Below, piece after piece: positions 4,583 to 5,136 of a DNA stretch of 5,136 bases. Below the pieces are notes generated by a model. The model was not told the origin of the DNA and did not search any database. It saw only the letters and a program-made list of their open reading frames with translations. Every line of letters begins with the position of its first letter. Within the stretch, counting starts at the first letter, position 1. The DNA lies in the IMG/VR virus record IMGVR_UViG_3300020030_000229, positions 1-5,136 of that record; one strand, written 5' to 3'. This stretch comes from a virus. Made by a program: the position numbers and the translations under genes.

Positions 4583-4743
4583 ATTTTGTTTCCGCTCTTG
4601 GCGTTTTTACCTCGTTTATTGCCAATGTGCTTTCTATTTCCTTTTTTGGCTTCGGTACTTTTGGCAACTTTATTTTGGTTTGTCTCTTGCTTTCGCTTGT
4701 TGGCTTTGTTCTCCGTGGTCTTTGGGATGGAGGTGATAGGTGA
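4576..4743 (+). CDS. 55-aa hydrophobic protein with two predicted TM segments
   Basis: The ATG at 4576 overlaps the previous stop (ATGGTAG). AAAGGA (4561-4566) lies 9 nt upstream. Hand translation gives MVDFVSALGVFTSFIANVLSISFFGFGTFGNFILVCLLLSLVGFVLRGLWDGGDR. Stop TGA 4741-4743 overlaps the next ATG. I prefer it to track ORF 4586..4777, which has a TTG start, no Shine-Dalgarno and runs into the next gene. Confidence 0.55.
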   Translation: MVDFVSALGVFTSFIANVLSISFFGFGTFGNFILVCLLLSLVGFVLRGLWDGGDR

Positions 4744-5136
4744 TGGAAGTCCCTGCTATTATCAAAACTTGGGTTGATTCTGACGGTGTCACTGTATATA
4801 CAGTTCGCTATAAAGATGGTAGTACTTGTGATATGACCGTGCAGCAGTATGATTATCTCAAGGCGTCTGCGCAGGCTGTCGCCGATATGGACGCTAAAGG
4901 CGATCCTGAATCTCAGCCGGAAGAAACTCCTCCTCCCTCTGAGCCTGCGCAGAACATTACCGAAAGTCCAGATCTCCGTGACGGCTATGTGCCGCAGGAA
5001 GAAGAATTACCTTTCGAGGGGAGTTTGACTGCTTATGATGACCGTGCCGCAGATACTCCGGCTTTGTATGCTAATCTCCCTAATGTCTCTAATAGTTTCA
5101 CTGCTATTATGGATTGGTTCGGAGACACGTTTTTTA
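4743..5136 (+). CDS. 5' part of a wrap-around gene for a 203-aa tail-anchored protein of unknown function (possible minor virion or assembly protein)
   Basis: The ATG at 4743 overlaps the upstream TGA (TGATG). A GGAGGTGA Shine-Dalgarno at 4729-4736 lies 6 nt upstream. The frame is open to the window end, so the ORF track missed it for lack of a stop. Hand translation gives MEVPAIIKTWVDSDGVTVYTVRYKDGSTCDMTVQQYDYLKASAQAVADMDAKGDPESQPEETPPPSEPAQNITESPDLRDGYVPQEEELPFE..., a non-hydrophobic, protein-like composition. 5016 minus 4743 is 273 nt (91 codons), so the frame joins frame 1 of position 1. Confidence 0.75.
   Translation, partial: MEVPAIIKTWVDSDGVTVYTVRYKDGSTCDMTVQQYDYLKASAQAVADMDAKGDPESQPEETPPPSEPAQNITESPDLRDGYVPQEEELPFEGSLTAYDDRAADTPALYANLPNVSNSFTAIMDWFGDTFF
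5016..5136. repeat. Terminal redundancy, copy 2 (identical to 1-121)
   Basis: Same as copy 1. Both copies lie inside one reading frame, so this is a linearisation overlap and not a biological LTR or ITR. Confidence 0.95.

Larger units (their letters stand above)
1..5015 (+). mobile_element. One full unit of a circular, inovirus-like (filamentous ssDNA phage-type) genome of about 5,015 nt
   Basis: Bases 1-121 recur exactly at 5016-5136, so the unit length is 5,015 nt. The gene set is typical of a filamentous phage: Rep, a small ssDNA-binding protein, several very small hydrophobic proteins, a signal-peptide protein with a C-terminal anchor, and a Zot/pI-like ATPase. All genes are on one T-rich strand. 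There is a single structured intergenic region. Confidence 0.8.

Noticed and set aside
20-4777. Alternative-frame + strand ORFs (20..334, 343..540, 714..956, 1035..1316, 1726..1980, 2152..2490, 2620..2874, 3034..3297, 3358..3585, 4024..4389, 4586..4777)
   Set aside because: They overlap better-supported genes out of frame, or run through the tRNA or hairpins (3034..3297). They give Leu/Phe/Ser/Cys-rich pseudo-hydrophobic translations, the by-product of T-rich DNA. They lack the AAAGGA/GGAGG RBS at the spacings seen for the accepted genes (about 6-10 nt). The TAATG at the start of 714..956 is just the mirror image of the hairpin arm at 680-684.

Overview
The window holds one complete, circularly permuted genome of about 5,015 nt from a small filamentous-phage-like (inovirus-type) ssDNA replicon. 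It is written out with a 121-nt terminal redundancy: 1-121 is identical by eye to 5016-5136. Every credible gene is on the T-rich + strand. I judge all minus-strand ORFs in the track to be spurious. In circular order from the intergenic region the map is:
- a near-consensus sigma70-type promoter (1654-1682)
- a Rep_trans-like rolling-circle initiator (1716-2852)
- an 80-aa gene-V-like ssDNA-binding protein (2871-3113)
- a UUCG hairpin, then a complete tRNA-Gln(CUG) with encoded CCA (3173-3246)
- a translationally coupled structural block: a 386-aa pIII-like protein with signal peptide and C-terminal anchor (3294-4454), a 43-aa protein (4451-4582), a 55-aa protein (4576-4743), a 203-aa tail-anchored protein that wraps across the window ends (4743-5136 continuing in 1-339), and a 37-aa protein (339-452)
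- a 42-aa Pf3-style coat-like protein (554-682)
- an intrinsic terminator (689-737)
- a short Zot/pI-like P-loop assembly ATPase (755-1378)
- a second terminator (1386-1435)
- an AT-rich tract
- a 170-nt GC-rich, hairpin-dense, ORF-free island (1471-1641)
I see no secretin, integrase or repressor. The points most worth follow-up are the full-length tRNA in so small an ssDNA genome, the GC-rich structured island with mutually exclusive helices, the unresolved start of the coat-like gene, and the N-terminally anchored short assembly ATPase. All functional calls come from motifs and topology read by eye. No database search was run.
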